Assembly (NCBI RefSeq): GCF_006345805.1 | Contig: NC_043007.1 | Coordinates: forward strand, 1,674,001 to 1,738,000 | Direction: 5' to 3' | Source: Octopus sinensis | Lineage: Eukaryota | DNA: 64,000 nucleotides | Shown here: positions 1 to 11,102 of the stretch, one piece after another | How positions within the stretch are numbered: the first letter of the stretch is position 1 | Layout of the letters: each line of letters starts with the position of its first letter | The notes under the pieces: model-generated | What the model was told of the DNA's origin: nothing | Databases searched by the model: none | Seen by the model: only the letters and a program-made list of their open reading frames with translations | Made by a program: the position numbers and the translations under genes

Positions 1-344
1 AAGGATGAAAGCCAATGCCTCAATAATCATTCAACTAATTTGTGTGTCACCATTGATAACAAAAAAGAATGTAAGACGATACACTCTTCTTGGCTCGTTC
101 CCAAATAATATTGATACGTAACAACACCAATGAATTAGTGGAGGGTGATATCATTGAAATTACCAAACGATTTTAAAGTCTTGTAGTAATCGTCATTGCT
201 TTTTTTTTTGTTTTTGTTTTTGGTTTTTGTAAATGGCCACCTATTATATAACACCATTTGTTGTCTTGGTAAACGGATGCTAAATGATGATGATGATGAT
301 GATGTAACATTTCATTTCATTTAGATTTAAGCAAACACCTACTC

Positions 345-530
345 ATGCATCATCATCATCATCGTCATCATTGATGCTATCGTCGTCACCACCACCAGAT
401 TCAAAGCCATCATCATCATCATTGATGCTATCATCATCACTACCACAACCATCACCACCACCACCACCACCACCATCACATTCAAAGCTATCATCATCGT
501 CATCGTCGTCATCATTATCGTCATCATCAT
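345..530. repeat. Imperfect (CAT)/(CAC) trinucleotide array
   Basis: Direct reading; contains repeated ATTGATGCTATC and TTCAAAGC blocks. Confidence 0.9.
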
Positions 531-611
531 TTAATGTCTGATTTCCATGCTGGCATGGGTTGGATAGTTTGACATTGAGCTGGCCAGGTGGGGAGTCTGT
601 CCCAACTCCAA

Positions 612-822
612 TAGAGCCGGTAGAACCGTTAGCACACCAGGCAAAATGCTTAGTGGCATTCTTTCCGTCTTCACTTTCTGAGTTCAAATTCTGCCGAGGT
701 CGACTTTGCCTTTCATCCTTTCAGAGTGGATAAATTAAGTACCAGTTGTGTACTGGGGCTGATCTAATTGACTGACGCCCTCAACAAAAATCTCGGGCCT
801 TGTGCCCAGAGTAGAAAAGAAT
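612..822 (+). mobile_element. SINE-E
   Basis: Same head and body as 22255. Confidence 0.8.
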
Positions 823-1359
823 TGTCTGTTGTAGCATGGTTTCTATGGCCCGATGCCCTTCCTAATGGCAACCACTTTAAGGAATGTGCTGGGTGCTTTT
901 GTATTTTTGTGCCACCAACATGGGTGTGCTTACACAGTGCTGGCACGAGTGTCTTTTATGTGGCACCGGCAACCTGTAAAAGACAAGCCTGTATGTATGG
1001 ATGGCAGTGATCTTACTTAGAAAATGGTTAAATCACCCTTACCATTTATCCATTCTCATGTTCTCTCACTGATTGGGTGCACCCCATGACCTCTTGTTTC
1101 TGTCTGTGTCATGTGACACAGTTGTCCGATGCTGGTGCTCTGTGTGTCTTACAGTGTGGTGCGAGTGTATTCCATTGCTTGTGGTGTTACAGTGCTGCTC
1201 TGCATAGCGTTTACTTCCATTGAGAGGGTAGAGGAAGAGTTGCAGGGGTGGGGAAGGTGTCTTGAAAGGTTGGAAGTAAGACAATCTGCAGGGAGCACTG
1301 TATTAAAGAATTCTTGAGAAGTTTGTCTGGTAGTGAACGAATGTGACTAGTTTGGTATA

Positions 1360-2469
1360 CAGTTCTATATTTAAGAGATGAGGAATTATTTACATTATTT
1401 ACATTTGACGGATATTTGTCCTCAGCTTGTTTATTGTTAACACAACATTTCGGCTGATATACCCTCCAGGCTCCATCAGGTGTCCTGGGGGAATTTCAAA
1501 CATTGGTTCTTCTTCCTAAGGTATTTTTCAATGTTGTTGTTGCTATTATTATTATTATTATTTTTATTATGATTATTATTACGATTGTTGTTATTATGAC
1601 CCACATGCATATGGCGTAGTGGTTAAGAGTGCAGGCTACTATCCCCGAGATTCTGAGTTTGATTCCAGGCAGTGACCTTAATAATAATAATAATAATAAT
1701 AATGATAATAATAATCATCGTTTAGCGTCCGCTTTCCATGCTAGCATGGGTTGGACGGTTCAACTGGGGTCTGGGAAGCCAGAAGGCTGCCACCAGGCCC
1801 AGTCTGATCTGGCAGTGTTTCTACGGCTGGATGCCCTTCCTAACGCCAACCACTCCGTGAGTGTAGTGAGTGCTTTTTACGTGCCACCGGCACGAGGCCA
1901 GTCGGGGCGGCACTGGCAACGGCCACGTTCGGATGGTTCTCTTATGTACCACTGGCATTGGTATCACAGCTGCAATTTCTATTGATGTTGATCGATTTCG
2001 ATTTTCACTTGCCTCAACAGGTCTTCACAAGTAGAGTTTTGTGTCTCAAGAAGGAAAGGTATGCATAAGTGGACTGGCTACATCCCATGTAGAGGACATG
2101 GGTTGTGGTCTCACTTGTCCTGCCAGGTCTTCTCACGCACAGCATACTTCCAAAGGTCTCGGTCTCTAGTCATTTCCTCGGTGAGACTTAAAGTTTGAAG
2201 GTCGTGCTTCACCACAATAATAACAACAACAACAACAACAACATCGAAAAATACCTTAGGAATGAGAACCTAGGTTCGAAATTTCCCCAACACACCCGAT
2301 GAAGGCTGGTGGGTGTATCAGCCGAAACATGTTAACAACAAACAAGATGAGGACAAATATCCGTCAAATGTAAATAATGTAAATAATGTACATAATGTAC
2401 ACAATTCCTCATCTCGTAAATATAAAACTTTACCAAACTAGTCACATATCCGTCAAATGTAAATAATGT
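1360..2469 (+). mobile_element. Family D copy 1: tRNA-headed, hammerhead-bearing Penelope-like non-autonomous element with inverted 5' copy of its tail (RTE 3' end nested at 1716-2214)
   Basis: Inverted tail 1360-1597, tRNA-like head 1598-1679 (A box TGGCGTAGTGG, B-box-like GAGTTTGATTCC), (AAT)n/(AAC)n, forward tail 2244-2429. Flanked by 11-bp direct repeat AGTTTGGTATA (1349-1359, 2470-2480). Confidence 0.8.
1716..2214 (-). mobile_element. Family A: 5'-truncated RTE-type LINE 3' end including the ORF C-terminus
   Basis: Minus strand 2213-2111 reads VKHDLQTLSLTEEMTRDRDLWKYAVREKTWQDK* (RTE-like C-terminus). A 3' UTR follows with GTTGGCGTTAGGAAGGGCATCCAGC and a GAT/ATT tail. Confidence 0.75.
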
Positions 2470-2844
2470 AGTTTGGTATATTATCACTTAACATGTTAGA
2501 ACTAATGCAATTTAAAAGGCAAAGCATTTCTAGCATATTTGTAATTATACATGCATGTGTGAACACACATATATTCCCACAAACACACACACACACACGT
2601 GTATATATATGTTATGATAATAAGCTTTGCTTATCTTGCATCGTTGTCTTCATTTCCCATCTTTAAAATGCCCCATCATTTGCATTCATTCCATTAATAA
2701 TGATTCCTAGCTGTTTTCCTTCCACTCTTGGTGTCAGGCAAAGCAGCAGGATTTCTCTGAGGTTTCAGATCCAATTTAAAGTGAAATGAAATTCAGAGGA
2801 AGGAAGGACAAACTAAGTTTGTGTAATGTGTGAGTGTGTATGGG

Positions 2845-3262
2845 AGAGGGAGGGAGGGGGAGAGAGGAAAGAGACAACAGGAGAGAGAGAGGGGAGAGAG
2901 GGAAAAAGAGAATGAGTGAGAGAGAGGAGGGAGAAGGAAAGAGAGAGAGGGAGAGAGAAGAAAGAGAGAATGAGAGAGAGAGGGGGAGAGAGAGAGGGGA
3001 AAGAGAAAATGAGAGAGAGAGGAAAGAGAGAATGAAAGAGAGAGAGGGAGATAGGGGAAAGAGAGAATGACAGAGAGAGGGGGGAGAGAGGAAAGAGAGA
3101 GCGAGAGAGAGAGGGGGAGAGGGAGGGGGAAAGAGAGAGAGAGGGGAAAGAGAAAATGATAGAGAGAGGGGGAGAGAGGAAAGAGAGAACGAGAGAGAGG
3201 AGGGAGAGAGAGGAAAGAGAGAATGAGAGAGAGAGAGGAGGGAGAGAAAGGAAAGAGAACGA
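2845..3262. repeat. Purine-strand (GA-rich) complex microsatellite
   Basis: About 420 nt almost entirely G/A, with recurring GAGAGAGGAAAGAGAGAAT units. Confidence 0.9.
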
Positions 3263-3780
3263 GAGTGTGTGTCTGTGTGTCCAATCATAACTGTTATAAA
3301 TGCTGTCATAAAGGTGTTTTTCTCTCAGTTCACGTTATCTCTGAATCTGCAGCATCACTTATGTATTCATTCGTACAGCAAACGTTTTCACGGCTTTCAC
3401 AGCTTTCTTAATGTTTGCTCCGAAAGGTAAATGGGGAGTGGCACCTTACGTCTTCACCTAGCTTACCTGAATTAAATGAATAGTGTATGTTGCCAATTGG
3501 CAAAATACGATGGGTGAGAATTTGCAGGGCTGATAGCAGTAGCGCAGTTTTTAATGAGTTTTCTGGGTTTTTCACCCCCTTTTTCTTTTTTTTATTTCTT
3601 TTATACATTTTTGTGTAAGGTAGACATATGTCAACACCTGTTGAAACATGTAAATCGTTTTGCTTATTTCAACACAAGCACACATATGAGGGGTTTTTAC
3701 TATGCTTTTCAGATACCCAAATAATTGGTTATGAATCCTGGTATGTCCAAAGAGATGCTTAACAAATTACTGTGAGTTTC

Positions 3781-4023
3781 TCATGCTGGTGGCATGTAAC
3801 GTGTACTAGCTGAATGTAATCAATGCCAGGTCCGCCTTACTGGCCCTTGTGATTAGACACACCACACACACTCTCCTGTAAAAGGCACCATCCAAATGTG
3901 GCTGATGCCAGTACCCCCTGACTGGCCCTCGTGCCAGCAGCATGTAAAAAGCACTATCCGAATGTGATCGATGCCAGACCTGCCTGACTGGCTCCTCTGC
4001 TGGTGGCATGTAAAAGGCACCAT
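3781..4023 (+). repeat. Family A internal ~60-65 bp tandem units
   Basis: About 4 degenerate copies of GTGCCGGTGGCATGTAAAAAGCACCATCCGAATGTGGCCGATGCCAGTACCCCCTGACTGGC. Confidence 0.7.
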
Positions 4024-4154
4024 CGACGGATATTTGTCCTCATCTTCTTTGTTGTTAACACAACATTTCGGCTGATATACCCTCCGGCCTTCATTAGGTA
4101 TCTTGGGGAAATTTCGAACCTGGGTTCTCATTCCCAAGGTATTTTTCGATGTTG

Positions 4155-4194
<40 letters not shown>

Positions 4195-4367
4195 TCAGGT
4201 CACTGCCTGAAATTCAACTCGGAATCTTGGTATTAGTAGCCTGCACTCTTAACCACTACGTCATATGCCCGTGGGCAAACAAGATGAGGGCAAATATCTG
4301 TCAAATGTAAATGATGTAAATAATGTAAATAATGTACATAACTCCTCATCTCTTAAATTTAGAACTG
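4024..4367 (-). mobile_element. Family D copy 2 (tRNA head + hammerhead tail, short inverted 5' tail copy)
   Basis: Tail 4024-4150 and head about 4195-4276 on the minus strand. Opposite-orientation tail end 4277-4367. Same sequence as copy 1. Confidence 0.8.
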
Positions 4368-4886
4368 TATGTAACAAATGTATTTTTAACCTTATTCTTC
4401 GTATCCATATCTGGCAATGAAGAATTGCTGTAATTGTTGGAACAATGTTTTCACAGTCACAGAAAATTGGATTACTGGAAGGTGACCTTCTCATATAATA
4501 ACTGTACACTACATTCTATTGTAAACTACTGCCTTTGATTTTATTCAGTAAACAGTCATAATTGAGAGAAGACACAGATCATTGTAGGGCTAGCCTAGGG
4601 TGCTTCAATACACTGGTACCATCCCCAACAATGGTGATGATTAGAAAGGCTCAACAAGAAATAGTTAACGATGATTACACCAATTTTGGTTTTCTCTTCT
4701 TTTCCTGCTCTTCCGGTTTTATTTCCTTCTGAAGAATTTTCCATTGCAGCATGTTTCCCTATCTCCGTATTGATTTGGTTTTTCTTTCAGTTTATCTTCC
4801 CATCATGTCTGAGATTTGATAGATATGAATGACGATGATGTTGATGATGATGATGATGCTATATCTGTCATTGTCTCTTTTTTCAG

Positions 4887-4988
4887 GAACCCTCCCTGTT
4901 TGCTGTAGCTAAACTTCTTGAGACAGGACTTGTCAATTTATCCAGAGTTGAAGTTTTATGGAAGCCAGTGACTGCTCATCTTTTAGAG
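4887..4988 (+). CDS. MON2: Internal coding exon of MON2 (Mon2/Ysl2, Sec7/ARF-GEF-related endosome-Golgi trafficking protein)
   Basis: Pyrimidine tract plus TTTCAG acceptor (4885-4886), 102 nt = 34 codons [34 protein letters not shown], then a GT donor at 4989. Closely matches the recalled human MON2 segment [34 protein letters not shown]. Not in the ORF track because it has no ATG. Confidence 0.93.
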
Positions 4989-5071
4989 GTTTGCAAATCT
5001 TTCATTATTTTGCAGAACGTATTTTGTAAACAAGAAAGAAAAAAAAAATTAATTAGTTTTTCATGTTTAGC

Positions 5072-5107
<36 letters not shown>

Positions 5108-5713
5108 AATAAGAAAAAAAAGTTGAAATAATGGAATTTTACTTTTTTGCTAATTTACTGAAATATCTATCCTACAATCTAAATGTTTATTTTTCTAAAT
5201 ATGATTTTAGAAAATGTTTATTTTTTTTCATTGTCTTTCAGTTGTGATATTCGCTCGTGTTTTTCATAAACTTTTTTGAAAGTAATTTTTTTTTTGACTT
5301 TTTAGTTCATATAAACATTGTTTACATTTCGATAAAGCTACAGTAGATATTCACTTCTTACTGTGTTTAAAATTGTTTGCTAATTCCAGAGTTCTTTAAA
5401 GACATTTGGATTAGAACAGCACGTACAAACCATATTTTCTGTTTCAAAACAATGTTTTGAAATGAAATCGTGATATTTAGAAAATGCATTTATCAATGCA
5501 ATTTTAATTATTGTAAACAAGACATTATTCTTATTCAGTTCTATATTTAAGAGATGAGGAATTATGTACTTTATTTACATTATTTACATTCGACGGATAT
5601 TTGTCCTCATCTTGTTTGTTGTTAACACATTTCAGCTGATATACCCTCCAGCCTTCATCAGGTGTCTTGGGGAAATTTCAAACCTGGGTTCTCATTCCTA
5701 AGGTATTTTTTGA

Positions 5714-5756
<43 letters not shown>

Positions 5757-5758
<2 letters not shown>

Positions 5759-5940
5759 TCGTTTAACGTCCGCTTTCCATGCTAGCATGGATTGGACGAT
5801 TTGACTGAGGACTGGCAAACCAGATGGCTGCACTAAGCTCCAATCCGATCTGCCAGAGTTTCTACAGCTGGATGCCCTTCCTAATGCCAACCACTCTGAG
5901 AGTGTAATGGGTACTTTTATGTGCCACTGGCACAAGGGCA
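5757..5940 (-). mobile_element. Family A 3' end
   Basis: CATCGTTTAACGTCCGCTTTCCATGCTAGCATGG...GGATGCCCTTCCTAATGCCAACC, inserted in the (TTA)n of family D copy 3. Confidence 0.85.
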
Positions 5941-5943
5941 TAA

Positions 5944-6002
<59 letters not shown>

Positions 6003-6084
6003 AGCCATGAGTTCAATCGCAGGTAGTGACCTGAATAATAATAATAATAATAATAGTAATAATAATAATAATGATAATAATGAT

Positions 6085-6370
6085 AGAAGGGAACCGAAAA
6101 TTATATGAGAATGATCCCTGGTTTACCATCCCTGCAAGAAGTACAAAAGATTGTCTTAACTGGTACATCACATGTATTGAGAAGAGCATTGTCGATGTGA
6201 GAACTGTTGCTGCTCATGTATTTTAATTTAACTTAAAAAAAAAAAAAAAATGAATGAACTACTGAGTTTGGTTTAATGGCCTACCAATGTATACTATGAG
6301 TTTCTTTGCCCTAGGAGTCGGGAAGACACTCGGCAAGAAATGGAAGCAAATTTGAAAGAAGAAAAAAAAA
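6085..6370 (+). mobile_element. R4/Dong-clade non-LTR retrotransposon 3' end
   Basis: 6087-6200 translates KGTENYMRMIPGLPSLQEVQKIVLTGTSHVLRRALSM*, typical of the C-terminus after the restriction-like endonuclease. A 3' UTR follows. Inserted in an (AAT)n tract, the known Dong target type. Confidence 0.8.
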
Positions 6371-7279
6371 GTAATGATAATAATAATAATAATAATAATA
6401 ACATTGAAAAATACCTTAGGAATGGGAACCCAGGTTTGAAATTTCTCCAAGCCATCTGAAGGAGGCTGGAGGGTATATCAGCCAAAACATGTTAACAACA
6501 AACAAGATGAGGACAAATATCTATCAAATGTAAATAATGTAAATAATGTAAATTACTCTTATTGTCATATTTCTGATAAATGGTATATTTTCATGGATTC
6601 ACTCTCAGACTCATTTATGCTGATGCTTCTTTTCGAATTTCGCATTCTTCAAGAAACTTTTACCACATGTCTATGAAATTTGCGACTCTAGAAGACATGT
6701 TGAACATTTGTGTTGAAAATATGAATTGATTCATTTTGGATATTTTATCATCTATAAATAAGTATCTTAAGAGAATTCATTTCACATATTCTGGAAACAT
6801 TGTTGCGAGGTTTGGATTATTGTTTGTGTCATGAATACATAAATCATTTCTTCAGCTGCTTCATACTTAAACATTGTGGATAGCATTGAGATTCACCTCT
6901 ACCTGTCTGTTGTGTATATTACTCTGGCATATCGTTTAGTGGATTGCAATATAATAATAACTACTATAAGTGTGAGTAGGTTGGTGCGTTAATTTTTCGA
7001 GTCATGCATAGAGTGAGAGAGAGAGAGAGAGAAAGAGAGAGAGCAAAAGAGATATAAAGAGAGAGTTAAATGAGTTAAACACTAAGACTTACTGGATGAC
7101 TGTACATACTAGGCTTGGTGGCAGGAGGAGAATAGGGAGTAAATGACAATGTGGTTATGCAAGTAGCTATTCATATGGAATTTTTTTTCTTTTAATTTTG
7201 TTTTAAGGCAAAAAGTATTTGTTTTGAACATTTGTATTTATTTCATCATTTCTGTATAGAAATTCGATAAAATAGACAT

Positions 7280-7595
7280 AGGCATGGCTGTGTGGTAAGT
7301 AGGTTGCTTACCAACCACATGGTTCCGGGTTCAGTCCCACTGAGTGGCACCTTGGGCAACTGTCTTCTACTATAGCCTCGGGCCGGCCAAAACCTTGTGA
7401 GTGGAGTTGGTAGACCGAAACTGAAGGAAGCCCATCGTATATATATATATATATATATGTTTGTGTATGTGTATATGTCTGTGTTTGTCCCCCACCATCT
7501 TTTGACAGCTGAAGTTGGTGTGTTTACATCTGTGTAACTTAGCAGCTCAACAAAAGAGACCGATAGAATAAGTTCTAGGCTTATAGAATAAGTAC
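7280..7595 (+). mobile_element. SINE-B (tRNA-derived head, CORE-like CCTTGGGCAA segment, internal TA/TG microsatellite)
   Basis: GGCATGGCTGTGTGGTAAG (A box) ... GGGTTCAGTCCC (B box) ... GGCACCTTGGGCAACTGTCTTCTACTATAGCC. Many copies in the window. Confidence 0.85.
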
Positions 7596-8351
7596 CACTT
7601 CTGTTGGTTCATCCTGTGTGTGACCCTCTATTGATTGTAGCCAGCATAGATGCTCTAGTTTTAAGTAGCTGCTCAACCATTTATTTACACTGACTCTGTA
7701 GGTTAACACCTCAACAAGATTTTCAGATTTGAACAACCACAAGTGAGGGCAAAAGCGATATTTTTGTCATAAAGCTATACTATTATTGAATTTCTGTTCT
7801 GTGTTGTTTATTATCTTCTGGAGAAGTATGTAATTTTGGAGAATATATTCAATCAGTCACTTTTATTAGTTCTAACTTGAAGACTTTGGTCATGCTGGGG
7901 CATTTTCTCTTCCTGTCTGTTTATTTGTTTGTACATAATTTCACTGCACCAGGTACTTGAATCTTATATATTGCTCACGTACCGAATTGTTTTTATTTAA
8001 GTTAATAACAAATTCTGCTGAACACTCTGTATTGGTTCCAAACTAGTGAACTGTGACAATGCTGGGCTGTTCCTTCTTTCCGTCTGTTTGTTTGTTTTGT
8101 TTTTTTTGTCTGTGTGTCATTTTGTTACACGATGGTCTCTTTGAGAAACTGTCTGAATGGTGTGTACACTGCTCATGTTCTGCATCATTTATTTAATACT
8201 AAACTCTTTCATAAGTTTATCTGGCAGACTGTGGACATGCTGGAACTTTTCTTCTCACCGTTTGTTCTCTTGTAAGTTGGTGCATCATTCTCTTTTGAGA
8301 ATCTGTGCCAGAAGTTTCTATGCTGCTTGTATACCAAATCAATTTTATTCA

Positions 8352-8603
8352 ATTCTGTTGTGTCTGGGGAGAGTCATTTTCTTTTTGTGCTTTATAATGT
8401 AACAAACTCACCGGTAAAATTTCCACTTTTTTCTTATTTTTATTTTCCTAAAATTTTCGTTGCGTCTTGCAACCTTTTCAATAGTCTTGATGCAATGAAA
8501 ATTTTAGGAAAATAAAAATAAGAAAAAAGTGGAAATTTTACCGGCGAGTGTGTTACATTGTAAGGCACAAAAAGAAAATGACTCTCCTCAGACACAACAG
8601 AAT
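8352..8603. repeat. Fold-back (long inverted repeat) element
   Basis: Arms 8352-8466 and 8489-8603, about 90% complementary. The ORF track shows near-identical peptides on both strands. Confidence 0.9.
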
Positions 8604-8887
8604 ATGCTTCAACACACGAACTCATATAAAGAATCTTGCAAGCCAAATCCCAAAACGAAATAATTTTTATTCGAGTTAACATAAAACAGAATAAAAACCT
8701 AGTCTAGGACTGATATTGTTCTCTTTTAACTGGCAGCGACCATTTACAAGTTGTGTGTGAAATAAATCCCAAAAAGGCAACTAACATTTCTGACAAGTTC
8801 TGTTCTTAACCAAAATGTATCTAGCGCAATTTATTGAATTCTTTAAACTGTTTGTTGCTTATATTTCTCTTCAAATAACATGGTTTT

Positions 8888-9229
8888 CATCATCGTTTAA
8901 CGTCCGCTTTCCATGCTAGCATGGGTTGGACAGTTTGACTGTGGGCTGGTGAACCAGATGGCTGCACCAGGCTTCAATCTTGATCTGGCAGAGTTTCTAC
9001 AGCAGGATGCCTTTCCTAACGCCAACCACTCCGAGAGTGTAGTGGGTGCTTTTACGTGCCACCGGCACGGGGGCCAGTTAAGCGGTACTGGCAACAACTT
9101 CACTTGAATTTTTTACACATGCCAATGGCACAGGTGCCAGTAAAGTGACGTTGGTAACAATCACGCTCGAATGGTGCCTCCTACATGCCACCGGCACGGA
9201 AGCCAGTTAGCGGCTCTGGCAACGATCAC
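8888..9229 (-). mobile_element. Family A 3' end with internal tandem units
   Basis: Family A consensus plus about 3 internal units. It interrupts a MITE fragment whose uninterrupted copy lies at 10740-10880. Confidence 0.85.
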
Positions 9230-9525
9230 GTTTCAGTTAATTTTGGAAGCAATGAAGAATGTAGCAAAATAACTTTACCATCATTAAACTGGGGTTTGAA
9301 AAGTAAAGGAACACAAGAATTTGATTACAGGATTTAATTTAGAACTACTTGTATCTAGGTTCATATTGTGCAAATATGGAGAGTCTCAGGGTTGATACAA
9401 AAGGTTTCAATTATTTTACTTGTAATTTATTTGTAGACATTTAAAAATTAGTTTACAAAATGATTGCCACTCTACAATTATCAAAAAAAAAATCTTCAGC
9501 TCTTTATGACAGTATCTACATAATA

Positions 9526-10022
9526 CAATGATCCCTCGATTATCGCAGTAGATTGGTTCCAAGGCCGGCCGTGATAACTGAATTTCTGCAAAGTAGGGAC
9601 ACCATATTTACAGCATTTATTTAACATGTATTTGGACTTTTAAAACCCTCCCTGTACTCTTAACAACCCACCCATTACAGTAGTCTATTAATAACAAGGA
9701 TAACCGTTAAGCAATAACACTTTAGATTTAAAAAAAAAAAAACATTGTTACTGTTACACAGGCCAGATTACAAAACAGAAAGCTGTGATTCGTCGTCTCT
9801 CTCTCCATTGCATCAATCACAGCCTGTCTTAAGTTCAAATACCCCTGTATATGCATTTTTGCTATTTTACGCTCGTTTTGTTGTTCCCAGACTAGGAAAT
9901 AATATTTATTATTAATATTTTAATGGATTTAATGAAAAACTTTAGACGTTCATATATATTTTAAAAATCTGCAAAGTCCTGAATCTGCAATAGTTGAACC
10001 ATGAAGTAGCAAGGGATCACTG
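9526..10022. mobile_element. Tc1/mariner-pogo (Tigger-like) MITE
   Basis: TIRs CAATGATCCCT / AGGGATCACTG with TA target duplications at 9524-9525 and 10023-10024. Confidence 0.8.
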
Positions 10023-11102
10023 TAGCTAGGTATGCCTTTAGGCCTGTTAGCTTTTTTTACTTCTTAGTGTTGTCTGTCGTTACTTCTAGGAAGAAAGCTT
10101 TAAAAGCTATTCTTTCAACAATATGAAAAACTGATAAAACTGCAATAGAAATCTACCTCTGTGATAGGATGGGGAGGAAAAAAAAGTTACTGTAATGAAA
10201 ACAAATATCAATGTACATCATGATGCAGTTTGAAAGTAAATCACATAAAAATATGTCAGGGTTCATCTATTTGTTTGAAACAAAAGTTCAAGATAGCAAT
10301 CAGAAAGGTGATTTCACAGGCTGTTCATTAGTATTGTTGAATCGTTAGTGCAGCTTCAGTTGTTTAATTACATAATGAGGAAACTTATTGCAGCTGAATC
10401 TGGAGCTTATTAGGAAAGCATTGGATGAGAGTGATACTTAATTACAATCCATACTGTAAAAGAATGCACACAAGTTCTGCGTTTCAAAACATGGATTCTT
10501 TGCAATTAGTTTGTGAATCGAATGCTTCAGTTGTCTTGAATGTAAAGGTTTCCATTGTGGTTGAATGAAAATGTATGTGTGGTCATTTTGTGCATTAACT
10601 GAAGCTATAACAACTCTTATTAGGAAATGGTTGTAGACACTTGAAAGTGAATAACTACTGCACTTCCATTTCAGTTGAGTCTAATGTCATACACAACCAG
10701 TGGCAAGTACATTAAATGATGATGATGATGATGATGATGTTTGTTGCTTATATTTCTCTTCAGATAACATGGTTTTGTTTCAGTTGATTTTGGAAACAAT
10801 GAGGAATGCAGCAAAATAACTTTACCATCATTAAACTGGGGTTTGAAAAGTAAATGAACACGAGAATTTGATTACATTTCACACAACTTTCGAACTGGAA
10901 AATATGTGAATTCGAAAGTTGTGTGAAATGTTCGATGTTTGTCGTGTCTGTTCTGATTACTTATTAAACTGAAATCATAGCAATAGAAGCAATGAGATGC
11001 TTGTGTGATTTGAACCTCTGACCCTTATGCAAGGGAGGCTGCAACCTATTTTCTTGGTTATATTTATTTAGTGTCTTTCTGTAGGCACAGACATGATTGT
11101 AT

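Larger units (their letters stand above)
5536..6556 (+). mobile_element. Family D copy 3 (inverted tail, partial head, forward tail) with nested RTE 3' end and R4/Dong 3' end
   Basis: Inverted tail 5536-5750, head remnant about 6002-6034 (GAGTTCAATCGCAGGTAGTGACCTG), forward tail about 6400-6556. Confidence 0.78.

Noticed and set aside
339-687. Poly-Asp/Met/Val ORFs
   Set aside because: Translations of CAT/CAC microsatellites and SINE sequence; no coding support.
1598-1679. tRNA-like sequences here and at 14067, 22255, 39408, 42802 and 57521-57867
   Set aside because: They have A/B boxes but no complete cloverleaf or acceptor stem, and are attached to repeat bodies, so they are SINE heads, not tRNA genes.
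8130-8340. Possible RT remnant (KLLAQILKR, minus strand)
   Set aside because: Too short and interrupted to assign.
8352-8380. CTGAGGA hammerhead-like core at the ends of the 8352-8603 hairpin
   Set aside because: No closing stem II strand or GAAA follows.
10590-10640. ALTEAITTLIRKWL resembling MON2 AEALTSLIK
   Set aside because: In-frame stop follows, WG and VCQH motifs are missing, and there is no acceptor.
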